From positions 3,481 through 67,480 of the forward strand of contig JAUSCZ010000041.1 in NCBI GenBank assembly GCA_030674475.1: 64,000 nucleotides of DNA, in the 5' to 3' direction. The notes under the pieces were generated by a model. That model worked only from the letters and a program-made list of their open reading frames with translations, had not been told where the DNA came from and did not search any database. The stretch comes from Candidatus Omnitrophota bacterium (GTDB lineage Bacteria > Omnitrophota > Gorgyraeia > Gygaellales > UBA12090). Shown in pieces: positions 19,244 through 27,876 of the stretch. The stretch's first letter is position 1. Each line of letters starts with the position of its first letter. The translations under genes and the position numbers were made by a program.

Positions 19244-19887
19244 TAGCTTCCCCTTAAATCACTTACTATTTTTAGCGCCTTTTTCACCGCGGAGGCGGCA
19301 GCCCGTGAAGATATAGTTGCCGAAGTAACCGCGTCTATATTCCTGCCGACTACGATCTGGTCATTTAGGGACTTATCGCGAAACTGCTTCAAGAAAGACC
19401 TCCGTTTTATTTCCGAGCCGAATAGGTCGCGAAATTCCAGAACAAATATATCCACTACTTTTTCCTTATTATCTATGCCCACCAAAAAGGTGATAGGCTT
19501 AACCTTTCCCATCTCATCAAGCACAACTGCCCAACCGATGGTTTTCCCCTCTTGAATAATGGTGGAAATCTCAACCGGCTGGGCATTTAAAACTCTTTTT
19601 TCTGTTTTATGCTCCTGAAACAAAGGGAAAATCCTTCTTATCGCCTCTTCTCTTGTTATATATACTTCAGCGAAACTGATAGCTGAAAATAACCAAGACA
19701 AGATTGCTAAACTCAAGAAAAATCTGCCCTGCAGAGCAGAAACTTTTGGCAGATTTTTCTTGATCCTGAAGCGCTCGTTTCTATAACTTGTTGAAGCGCC
19801 GAAGGATCTGATATGGGTAACCTGATATACTTTCCTATGCTCCAAGAAACCTGCCTTTAAAAATTTAATCATAATAATTAGGGACAA
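19243..19887 (-). CDS. FMN-binding domain protein (true start uncertain)
   Basis: GKVKPITFLVGID, FLKQF, IDAVTSATISS. Confidence 0.75.
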   Translation of the reverse strand: MSLIIMIKFLKAGFLEHRKVYQVTHIRSFGASTSYRNERFRIKKNLPKVSALQGRFFLSLAILSWLFSAISFAEVYITREEAIRRIFPLFQEHKTEKRVLNAQPVEISTIIQEGKTIGWAVVLDEMGKVKPITFLVGIDNKEKVVDIFVLEFRDLFGSEIKRRSFLKQFRDKSLNDQIVVGRNIDAVTSATISSRAAASAVKKALKIVSDLRGS

Positions 19888-19898
19888 ATTCCTAATTG

Positions 19899-21299
19899 CT
19901 AGAATCCTATGGCCATTGAAGCCATTGCCCCGTCTTTATCCCCCCGTTCCAAGACCTCGTTGCTTGAAGAGTTCCGCTGGTATTCTAATTTGAAAACCCA
20001 GGACTCAATCGGCCGGTAATTTATCCCCAAGGTGTAGCGTTTTTCCTTATTACTGCCGATCCCGGCATCGCCGTCGTCGGCAATATCCACCCAGTCATAA
20101 CGGCCGACCAGGGTAAACTTGGGGTCCTTAAATCCCCGGCCTAAAAAGGTGTTATTCAGGAACTTCGGCCAGAAATGATACCTCGGTTCAAGGTAAAAAC
20201 CCCGCATATATTTGGGGGCGGAGAGCTCATCCGCGGCATTGTCATTATCATGGTCAATCAGGGCCCCATTCTCAAAATACCAATAGGCATAATCACCCAC
20301 CAATTCAAAAGGGCCGCGTTTAAAACTTATATCACTAGCAAATCCCAGGAGATGGTCGTCGCCGTTTCTGGAGGCAGAGCCGGAACGGCCGTATCTGCCG
20401 GTATATCCGCTAAGGCCAAGCTCCAGGTTTTGGTTTAAACCCAGACCCAGCCGGCCGACAAAGGCCTTATTGTTATTCTCATCAGCCTCTATAGCCCCCT
20501 TGGCGTTGCGCAGTCCGGTATCGGAGATATCCTCATCCAGGCCGTTGATAATATACCCCTCGTAATTAAGGTAAGAATCCTCAAGAGGCCCCCATTTTAA
20601 AGCCTCTCCCAATTGGGTTTCCCCGAATAAACCAAAGCCTGCCTCCATCCAGGTGGCAGCTCCCAGCCTGCGGGATACCAACGGCCTTTCGGTCAGGTCC
20701 TGGATATCGGAATCATGCAAGAGGTTGAATCTTCCGAAGGGGACCAGGACAATCCCGCCCCGGGCATTTATCCAGTCATTGATAAGATAGCTGGCCCAGG
20801 CCTGCTCTACCTTAGCCTCTCCCACATCCGAGGCGTTAGGGCCGCCGTGCTCAATCTCGTATTCGCTGTAAAAAAGCAATCTTTCATGCGGCTGGGCGCC
20901 TATATTTAGGATAAACCTGGTCTGGTCAAAGGTGGAATTAGAATTCTCAAAGTTTTCAAACTCTATATCCGCGTAACCGCCAACACTTACATTGCCGAAT
21001 CCCGACGGATTCTTGATCAAAAGCCCTCCCTTGCCAAACGGGCCTTCGTAGCGGCCGACATAATCCAGGCTGATACTTTTTTCTTCAATCTTTTTCTGAA
21101 GTTTTTCTTCAAGCTCTCCCTGGGCCGTTTCCTGCTTTTGGCTTAATTCCTCAATTTTCTGCTGTAGGCCTTGAATCTGGGTTTCATAATCCTGGCGCAG
21201 CTCTTTAACCTGCTGTTTTAAATCCCCCATTTCATCCGCGCAAGCCAGATTGACCCCGCCCAGATAAAGCAAAAACGCCACCATAACCCTCTTACACAT
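19899..21299 (-). CDS. outer-membrane beta-barrel porin with N-terminal coiled coil
   Basis: Signal peptide, coiled coil, YSEYEIEHG, VEQAW, GINYRPIESWVFKLEYQ, C-terminal Phe; located in the Feo operon. Confidence 0.72.
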   Translation of the reverse strand: MCKRVMVAFLLYLGGVNLACADEMGDLKQQVKELRQDYETQIQGLQQKIEELSQKQETAQGELEEKLQKKIEEKSISLDYVGRYEGPFGKGGLLIKNPSGFGNVSVGGYADIEFENFENSNSTFDQTRFILNIGAQPHERLLFYSEYEIEHGGPNASDVGEAKVEQAWASYLINDWINARGGIVLVPFGRFNLLHDSDIQDLTERPLVSRRLGAATWMEAGFGLFGETQLGEALKWGPLEDSYLNYEGYIINGLDEDISDTGLRNAKGAIEADENNNKAFVGRLGLGLNQNLELGLSGYTGRYGRSGSASRNGDDHLLGFASDISFKRGPFELVGDYAYWYFENGALIDHDNDNAADELSAPKYMRGFYLEPRYHFWPKFLNNTFLGRGFKDPKFTLVGRYDWVDIADDGDAGIGSNKEKRYTLGINYRPIESWVFKLEYQRNSSSNEVLERGDKDGAMASMAIGF

Positions 21300-21359
21300 C
21301 TTATCCCTTTCCTCACCGTAAAGATTACGGCAAAACTCCCACATACCTCCAAGAAATAC

Positions 21360-21548
21360 TTAGTCAGTCAGGGTTAATTCTTTTTTTGCCTCTCCTTTTA
21401 TGGAGTCAGCTGTCTTTTCCAAACGGATCTTCTCGTGCTTCTCTACTGCCACAATATGGGCATCCTGGACCTTGATGATCAACTCGCCAAAACGCAAATC
21501 CCCGGCCAGGCTGATGATATTTCTAAGATTGGCTTCGCTGATATTCAT
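21360..21548 (-). CDS. YezD/DUF2292-like small protein
   Basis: LRFGELIIKVQDAHIVAVEKHEKIRL; ATGA overlap with the fur stop. Confidence 0.65.
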   Translation of the reverse strand: MNISEANLRNIISLAGDLRFGELIIKVQDAHIVAVEKHEKIRLEKTADSIKGEAKKELTLTD

Positions 21549-21976
21549 TTCTTCCCGCACTCCCGGCAATAGCCGAAGATTTCCATCTTATGCCGGACCG
21601 GGGTAAAGTTTTTCTTTTTGGCTAATTTATCCTGCAATGCCTCTATTTCCGGCTCATAGACCTCAAAAAACTTCCCGCACTTAAGGCAGACCATATGGTC
21701 ATGATGTTGGTGGCCGTATTCATGCTCCAGGCGGCTGACCCGATCCCCGAAATCCACCTCCCTGGCCAGGCCGGATTTCTGGATAAGCTTCAAGGTGCGA
21801 TAGACCGTGGTATAGCCTACCTCCGGGGCATTACGATGCACGATCAAAAACAGCTCCTCGCAACTAAGGTGTTTTTCGGTCTTTAAGAATGCCTCTAACA
21901 CCTTCAGCCTCTGTGAGGTAACCTTAAGGTTTATCTTCTTAAGGTGTTCTTTAAATAACTCTATCTCTTTTTGCAT
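21545..21976 (-). CDS. fur: Fur family transcriptional repressor
   Basis: TSQRLKVL, TTVYRTL, HHDHMVCLKCG, GYCREC. Confidence 0.93.
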   Translation of the reverse strand: MQKEIELFKEHLKKINLKVTSQRLKVLEAFLKTEKHLSCEELFLIVHRNAPEVGYTTVYRTLKLIQKSGLAREVDFGDRVSRLEHEYGHQHHDHMVCLKCGKFFEVYEPEIEALQDKLAKKKNFTPVRHKMEIFGYCRECGKK

Positions 21977-22025
21977 AGTTTCGCGTTTTTGCGGTTTAGC
22001 GGTTCCGCGTCTTTTGCGATTATGA

Positions 22026-22071
22026 AATTGAAAATCATTTTCAATTATACTTGAAAAAAAAATTATGTCAA
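22026..22071 (-). promoter_or_regulatory. consensus sigma70 promoter overlapped by a Fur box
   Basis: TTGACA(22071-66)-16-TATAAT(22049-44); palindrome AATTGAAAATCATTTTCAATT at 22026-22046. Confidence 0.85.
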
Positions 22072-22094
22072 GTAAAATCTGCCTCTGGCGCTTA

Positions 22095-22159
22095 CCCCGT
22101 TAGAGATAGGTTGCCAAAGGCAACCGTCGGACACCTTCGGTGTCCCATCTCTAACGGGG
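22095..22159. mobile_element. 65-bp CCCCGTTAGA...TCTAACGGGG element, copy 1
   Basis: Terminal inverted repeats, two internal hairpins, CTTA on both sides. Confidence 0.85.
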
Positions 22160-22174
22160 CTTAGATTTTACTTG

Positions 22175-22194
22175 CCTGCCTGCCGGTAGGCAGG
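22175..22194. repeat. CCTGCCTGCCGGYAGGCAGG palindrome (also 25724-25743; variants near 26683, 28432, 9317)
   Basis: 20-bp palindrome recurring in intergenic DNA. Confidence 0.8.
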
Positions 22195-22270
22195 ATTCTA
22201 AAGCTCTGCGAAGAATCTTAAGTTTTTTAAAAAAAATCCCTACGGTTTTACCGCGCGTGTTTATAGCATC

Positions 22271-22413
22271 CTATTGCTCTGTGAAATTAATTTTTAGCAG
22301 TGTGTCATTCCCGTAATCTTTTAGCGGGAATCCAAAAATGAGTTTATCTGGATGCCCGACTAAAACATTCGGGCATGACAAAATTATCAAGAACTAATTA
22401 CACAATGTACTAG
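22271..22413. mobile_element. degenerate MITE carrying a GTCATTCCC...GGGCATGAC REP-like hairpin
   Basis: Ends CTATTGCTCTGTGAAATTAATTTTT and (reverse complement) CTAGTACATTGTGTAATTAGTTCTT; internal part resembles 47242-47345. Confidence 0.55.
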
Positions 22414-22436
22414 TTCAACTGATATGCCTGGCCTTT

Positions 22437-23228
22437 TTACTTCCGGGCATTTAATATCAGCTCAATCTCACTCTTAAGGCTGTCAATGCTGCGGGCTTTG
22501 GTTTTACGGCCGTTAATATAAATAGTAGGCGTACCCCGGACCTCAACCTTGTTGCCTAAAGATATATCTTTTTGGATATGTTCCTGCCATTGGGCATCTT
22601 TATCTTTGTAATCTTTCTGGAATTTTTTCATATTCAATCCCAGATTCTTAGCCAATGTATTAAATTCCTTCTCATTTAGATTTGAACTATTTTTTAACAA
22701 CCCGTCCAGCATTTCCCAGTATTTACCCTGCTCTCCGGCGGCCAGGGCGGCCTTGGCCGCGGGGATGGCCTGTTGATGAAAAGGCAAGGGATAATTCTTG
22801 ACCACTGCTTTTACCTTATCCGGAAAGGCATTTACCGCCTCTACCACCAAAGGATGAAACCTGGCGCAAAACGGGCATTGGATATCTATAAACTCCACAA
22901 TAGTTACCGGCGCTTCTTTCTTGCCTAAGAGAGGAGAGTTATCAATATTTATTTCATGTATCTTTAGATAATCTTCTTGCTCCCGCTCCTCGCCCGGCGG
23001 TGATTTTAATTTCTTAATGGCCGCCTGCAACTCTTTTCCCTGTTTTTCCATATTCCCGAGGCGCTTTTCAATCTTTTCCTGAACCAGCAGTATTTCTTTC
23101 TGCTGACGGAAAAGTTCTCCGAATAATGGATTTTTTACCTGAAATCCGATAATGCCGATACCGATAAAAACACCGATAAGGATACCGGCAACAACCGCAA
23201 AACCCGCGAATAAGCCTTTTTTATCCAT
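22437..23228 (-). CDS. membrane-anchored DsbA/thioredoxin-fold oxidoreductase
   Basis: VTIVEFIDIQCPFC, AAGEQGKYWEM, VRGTPTIYING. Confidence 0.88.
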   Translation of the reverse strand: MDKKGLFAGFAVVAGILIGVFIGIGIIGFQVKNPLFGELFRQQKEILLVQEKIEKRLGNMEKQGKELQAAIKKLKSPPGEEREQEDYLKIHEINIDNSPLLGKKEAPVTIVEFIDIQCPFCARFHPLVVEAVNAFPDKVKAVVKNYPLPFHQQAIPAAKAALAAGEQGKYWEMLDGLLKNSSNLNEKEFNTLAKNLGLNMKKFQKDYKDKDAQWQEHIQKDISLGNKVEVRGTPTIYINGRKTKARSIDSLKSEIELILNARK

Positions 23229-23357
23229 CGTTACGCCTCCGATAATTTTGTTACTACTTTTTAGGAGAATTTAAGGTTTCGTATTTAGAATTTTTCTATG
23301 ACTACATCAAAATAGCATAACTGGAGGCTTATGTCAAATAAGGAAAGGCGGGGGGTT

Positions 23358-25625
23358 TTAATTCGGCGAATACCTCTCTTTGCCCTGCTCCACAAACAGC
23401 CCGGTATCCGCGATCAACAGCACTGCCCGGAAGTCCGGGGTAGTTTCTACTCCTCGCTCTTCCTTCAGCCAGCAAAGCCGCAGGAGAAGCGGTAATAATT
23501 GGATCTCTCTTTGCGCGTTAAAGGCGTCCTTCTGGGACATCGCCGCCAGTAAACGCTTAAGCCGGTCGGTTGAAACCTCTATCTTGGCATTAATCATCTG
23601 TTCCATTGCGGCCATTTCCCGGCTTATATCAATCCCCTCCAATTCCGCCTTACTCAACAGCGGCAGGCGCAGGTCCAACCCCTGGAAGCTTCCCATCGGC
23701 CGGGTGAGGTAGTTGATTCGGGTGAAGTCAATACCGCCGGTAGTTAACGGTGAATTACTATTTTGAGATAAGTCTTGAGTTAATGCCGAAGAGACCTCAT
23801 CCGATTTCAAAAGACCTAATTTATTGGCGGCGGCTTTTGATAAATTCTTGAATCCATCAACCAACGGTTTCAGCGCACTTTTAAGTTCTGGATCTGTAAT
23901 CTTCCCCACATCTTTAACTAAATTGCTTATCGCGCTATTTAAAACATCTAAATCTTTATCTTTCTCTATTCTAAGATCGGCATAATGGAAGTAACCATTA
24001 AATATCTCTCTCCATTTCGGATGATCCTTATAGCTACGAGATAATAAAGTAAGCTGATCCTTAATCGTTTTCTTGGTCTCCTCTACCGTCAGCGGCGAAG
24101 AGCCGGTCTCTTTCTCCTTCTCCAAATATTCTTGAGCTTCATTAAAAACATTAATTAGTTTTTTATCATTCGCATAGGTTCTACTCAGGGATTCAATTGT
24201 GTTGTTTAAGGCCTCAACAACCTTTTTTCTTTGCTCCCTATTCAAATCAGAGAAAGCACGCTTCAAATTTATCTTCCAACCTATATACGCGAACTCTACT
24301 CCTTCCCCATTACCTTCTCTCGCTATTTTTTCCAAATCAATAAGAAAACCATGATTAGCTGATGCTATTGCGTTCAATCTTTCTTGGCTTTCTATGATCC
24401 CAGTTGGCTCAGATAAATGGTTATGTATTGAACCGCCCACAAAAGCACCGCTCACGATAAGTATCGCAAGTCCGACAAGCGTAGACTTTTTCATCTTTGT
24501 TAATAGTGGACTTCCTGCCTTAAAACCGCCTTCAATTAAAGGCTTAGAGTTCCCGGTCATATCTGTTCCCCCGCTGACATAGCTCCTGATTACCTGGCCG
24601 GTGGGAGTGGTTATCTGTTCCTTAAGGTTGTATTCACCCTGCTGGAAGGACTTTTTGTATTCGCTAAAGTAGTAGTCCTTGGTCCAGGCCTCTTTTGAAA
24701 TAAGATTATCTAAGTTATGGCTGTCAATCAGGCTGGAGTATTGGCCGGGCTGGCCTCTGAACTTGTCCTTAAACCAGCGGGAAAGGATGAGCGAGAAAAA
24801 GACCTGGCGGAGTTGGGCGTATTTCTTGGAGGTATTGACCTCCTGGGTGAGCTTGGGCAGGATGAGTTCTCTAATTAGCTGGGTAGAGTATTGGTTGAGT
24901 TTCTTCATCCTTTGGTCATTAAAATTATACTGGTGACCTGGTGACATGGTGTCCTGGCGACTTTTAATGTAATCTTCCTCCAGCATCACTTTCAGGTTCG
25001 CCTTGTAGATATAGGATGAGTCTTCGCTTTCTCTGATTATTACCTCTCCCGGCACTATCCAGGGCCGAGTGATGGTGGGGATAGTAATGTTTTCAGTGCC
25101 GAATAATTCCCCAGCCCTCTTATACAGCTTATCCCAGTATTCTTTGCCTTCAGGAGTTTGGGGCGAGGTCCAACCGGCAGTATCTTTCTTTAGCTGTAAG
25201 TCCGCCTCCAGCATTATCTTACCCATATCGGTCTTTTCTAACTCCGGGTCTATAATCTGCTCCGGGGCATCCGGCCTAAGATTTACCCAAAACTTGTCGT
25301 TGGGTAAGGATAGACCTATCAAGAAATAATTGAATAGCTTCTTGGTCTCATTCTTAAGAGCATTCTCCGATTTCTCCGGTGACCTGGTGACCTGGTGACC
25401 TGGTGACTTCTCGAAGTCACCCTGGTCTAATAACAGCTTAAAGTCATTGCTTTTGATATCGTAAGAGATATACCGTAGGTGAGGGGGACGAAAGCTATCC
25501 GTATTCAAGGCCGACATTTGGTTCAGGTATTTGCCGATATTCAGCTCGGCTACTCCCTGAGCAAAGATGGGTTGGGTTAAAATCAGGCTATGGGATAGAA
25601 TTAAGGATATGGCTTTTTTGAACAT
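23358..25625 (-). CDS. large secreted modular hypothetical protein (Omnitrophota-type N-domain, C-terminal GGIDF)
   Basis: Signal peptide; FWVNLRPD...LEADLQLKKD...RPWIVP; AT-richer middle modules separated by SSPL-type linkers. Confidence 0.75.
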   Translation of the reverse strand: MFKKAISLILSHSLILTQPIFAQGVAELNIGKYLNQMSALNTDSFRPPHLRYISYDIKSNDFKLLLDQGDFEKSPGHQVTRSPEKSENALKNETKKLFNYFLIGLSLPNDKFWVNLRPDAPEQIIDPELEKTDMGKIMLEADLQLKKDTAGWTSPQTPEGKEYWDKLYKRAGELFGTENITIPTITRPWIVPGEVIIRESEDSSYIYKANLKVMLEEDYIKSRQDTMSPGHQYNFNDQRMKKLNQYSTQLIRELILPKLTQEVNTSKKYAQLRQVFFSLILSRWFKDKFRGQPGQYSSLIDSHNLDNLISKEAWTKDYYFSEYKKSFQQGEYNLKEQITTPTGQVIRSYVSGGTDMTGNSKPLIEGGFKAGSPLLTKMKKSTLVGLAILIVSGAFVGGSIHNHLSEPTGIIESQERLNAIASANHGFLIDLEKIAREGNGEGVEFAYIGWKINLKRAFSDLNREQRKKVVEALNNTIESLSRTYANDKKLINVFNEAQEYLEKEKETGSSPLTVEETKKTIKDQLTLLSRSYKDHPKWREIFNGYFHYADLRIEKDKDLDVLNSAISNLVKDVGKITDPELKSALKPLVDGFKNLSKAAANKLGLLKSDEVSSALTQDLSQNSNSPLTTGGIDFTRINYLTRPMGSFQGLDLRLPLLSKAELEGIDISREMAAMEQMINAKIEVSTDRLKRLLAAMSQKDAFNAQREIQLLPLLLRLCWLKEERGVETTPDFRAVLLIADTGLFVEQGKERYSPN

Positions 25626-25652
25626 TTTTGTCCTTACTTAAATTTCCCAAAT

Positions 25653-25838
25653 AAAAAACCGGACTTGGTCTTTCCTCGCATAAGGAAAAACCAAATCCGG
25701 CTGGGATATTCCGTGGCGTTTTGCCTGCCTGCCGGCAGGCAGGCCTACTGGTATTTCAGACAGGCAAAAAATAAATCAGCCAACACAATATTTATTAAAT
25801 ATTTAATAAAGTATACTACATAAACCCAAAATCGTCAA
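25653..25838 (-). promoter_or_regulatory. promoter and structured 5' leader ending in a terminator before the 755-aa gene
   Basis: TTGACG-17-TATACT (25838-25810); hairpin CCGGATTTGGTTTTTCCT/AGGAAAGACCAAGTCCGG plus U6 at 25653-25700. Confidence 0.6.
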
Positions 25839-26569
25839 CTAAATTTCTTTAAAACATACATCAAGACGATCCCAAACAGGAAAAAGGCTAAGGAAAGGGC
25901 GGATTTTCGGGCATCGGTTTCCTTATGAATCTCCGGGACCAGGTCGGCGCTGGAGATATAAATAAAACCGCCGGCGGTTAATCCCAGCAGGATGTGGGAA
26001 AAACCGCCGATTTTATGGGAGAGAAAATACCCCAGGATCGCTCCTCCAAAGGCGCACAGACCGGAGAGAAAATTGTAAAACAGGGCCTTTTGCCGGCTGA
26101 ACCCCCCATACACCAGGACCCCGAAATCTCCTAACTCCTGGGGGATTTCGTGGATAATCACCAGCAAGGTGGTAAACAGTCCCAATCTGACTGAAACCGC
26201 GAAACTCCCGGCAATCACCAGGCCATCAATAAAATTATGCAGGCCGTCGCCGAAAAGGTTCAGATAGGTAAAGGTATGCTGGTGGCAGACCCCGTCGTGG
26301 CAGTGGCGCCAGTAGAGGTATTTCTCCAATAAAAAAAACAAAACGAACCCGCCGATCACAAAGATAAATACGCTTTGCTGACTGCCTTGCTCTATGGCCT
26401 CGGGGATAAGGTGCAGAAAAGCCCCTCCAAACAGGGCCCCCGCGGAAAAAGCTACCAGCAGGAAAAGAATGGCCTTTAGTAATTTCTCCTTAACCGACAG
26501 GGTCAGGGCCCCAACAAGAGAAATCACGCTTACCAACAACGTGCTTAATAATATAAGTAAAAGCCGCAT
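25835..26569 (-). CDS. ZIP family metal transporter
   Basis: FLHLIPEA, HCH, GDGLHNFIDG, HEIPQELGDF, DLVPE. Confidence 0.92.
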   Translation of the reverse strand: MRLLLILLSTLLVSVISLVGALTLSVKEKLLKAILFLLVAFSAGALFGGAFLHLIPEAIEQGSQQSVFIFVIGGFVLFFLLEKYLYWRHCHDGVCHQHTFTYLNLFGDGLHNFIDGLVIAGSFAVSVRLGLFTTLLVIIHEIPQELGDFGVLVYGGFSRQKALFYNFLSGLCAFGGAILGYFLSHKIGGFSHILLGLTAGGFIYISSADLVPEIHKETDARKSALSLAFFLFGIVLMYVLKKFS

Positions 26570-26649
26570 TAACCTAAATTCGGCTTTCTGCCTTTATTGG
26601 CCTTTTTAGAACGCCAATTGAGCTTTCCTCTTCTTTTACGTTTACTCAT
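26569..26649 (-). CDS. unannotated 26-aa basic peptide, bL37-like
   Basis: AAAGGAG RBS; MSKRKRRGKLNWRSKKANKGRKPNLG*; TAATG overlap with the ZIP start. Confidence 0.65.
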   Translation of the reverse strand: MSKRKRRGKLNWRSKKANKGRKPNLG

Positions 26650-26758
26650 TTCTTTCTTGTCTCCTTTCTAAACGCTAATTTACCTGCCTGCCTGTAGGTA
26701 AGCAGGCATGAATAGTGCTCTTTATTATATATTACTCGTTATATTCGGTCAATAAGTA

Positions 26759-26787
26759 TTGACAAAGACAGGCTTCTTTCCTATAAT
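26759..26787 (+). promoter_or_regulatory. consensus sigma70 promoter
   Basis: TTGACA-17-TATAAT upstream of AGGAGG and ATG 26812. Confidence 0.85.
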
Positions 26788-26811
26788 AAAAATACAAGGA
26801 GGATTTAAAAA

Positions 26812-27117
26812 ATGAGAAAACAGGTCTTTTTATTGTCATCACTGGCGCTTAGCGCGGCGTTATTAGGCTGTACTACCACTCAAAAAGGAGCGGCTCTGGG
26901 CGGATTAGGCGGAGCGGCCTTAGGCGGGATAATCGGCCACCAATCCGGCCACGGAGTTGAAGGAGCATTGATTGGCGCCGGAGCGGGAGCGGTAGGCGGG
27001 GCGCTGATTGGAGAACAAATGGACAAAAAATTCTGCCCGGTCTGCGGGGCGGAATATACTTCCGGAGTCCAATACTGCTCTAAAGACGGCACCGAACTGA
27101 AACTTAAACAAAAATAA
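26812..27117 (+). CDS. glycine-zipper lipoprotein with C-terminal zinc-ribbon-like motif
   Basis: Lipobox LLGC, GAALGG repeats, CPVC...YCSKDG. Confidence 0.8.
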   Translation: MRKQVFLLSSLALSAALLGCTTTQKGAALGGLGGAALGGIIGHQSGHGVEGALIGAGAGAVGGALIGEQMDKKFCPVCGAEYTSGVQYCSKDGTELKLKQK

Positions 27118-27118
27118 A

Positions 27119-27778
27119 CTATAAGATTTTCATTAAAGAGGCCGGGCTTTTTATTATTTTAAAAGGCCCGGCTTTCTTTATTTCTGCTAATGAGCTTGAA
27201 CCGCCGCCTACGGCTATTGCAATAACCCCGGCGTTACGCGCGGTTTCCACATCAATAGTCATATCTCCCACATACATAACTTGTTCGGGCTTAATCTTCA
27301 GCTTCTTCATAATCCTTAATAAAATCTCCGGATGAGGCTTTCCTTCAGGTAATTTATCCGCGCAAAGCACATAATCAAAGTATTTTCTCAAATCAAGGCA
27401 CCTCAAAATAATATGGGTAAACTCCGTGGGCCGATTAGAGGCGATAGCGGTTTTAAAATCACGCTGCTTTAAATATTCCAACAGCTCTTTAGCGCCGGAA
27501 AGCAACTTAGTATATTTTGTAAGCGCTATTCGATGGTGACCACGATAAATAACCAAAGCCGGATTCAAATCCTTCTCTTCAATAAAGGCGCCCAGTAATT
27601 TTCTATCCCCCCAACCTACCGCCAAGCGAATTCGCTTAGCCGGAGCTTCTTCATAGCCTAATTTCTTAAGGGTAAAATTCACGCTTTGGGTGATGGCCTC
27701 GTAGGCGTCTACCAATGTCCCATCCAGATCGAAAATTACCAGTTTAATTCTTTCCTGAATATTTTTAAGGTTTTTCAT
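27119..27778 (-). CDS. HAD hydrolase, phosphoglycolate phosphatase-like
   Basis: FDLDGTL, SN, KPHP, VGDMTID. Confidence 0.88.
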   Translation of the reverse strand: MKNLKNIQERIKLVIFDLDGTLVDAYEAITQSVNFTLKKLGYEEAPAKRIRLAVGWGDRKLLGAFIEEKDLNPALVIYRGHHRIALTKYTKLLSGAKELLEYLKQRDFKTAIASNRPTEFTHIILRCLDLRKYFDYVLCADKLPEGKPHPEILLRIMKKLKIKPEQVMYVGDMTIDVETARNAGVIAIAVGGGSSSLAEIKKAGPFKIIKSPASLMKIL

Positions 27779-27876
27779 AAAGCCATTACTTCAATTGACG
27801 AGAAAATCTATTCCCTGGATAAAAAAACCCAGCATTATTTTAACGGTAAAACAATGCTGGGTGGAAAAATCTAAGC

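Noticed and set aside
19700-19860. Possible in-frame repeat insertion in the N-terminus of the FMN-binding gene
   Set aside because: Hairpins (GATCCT...AGGATC) are present but I could not define convincing ends or a target duplication.
22095-22159. tRNA-like cloverleaf
   Set aside because: No D or T loop consensus or CCA; it recurs with target duplications, so it is a mobile repeat.
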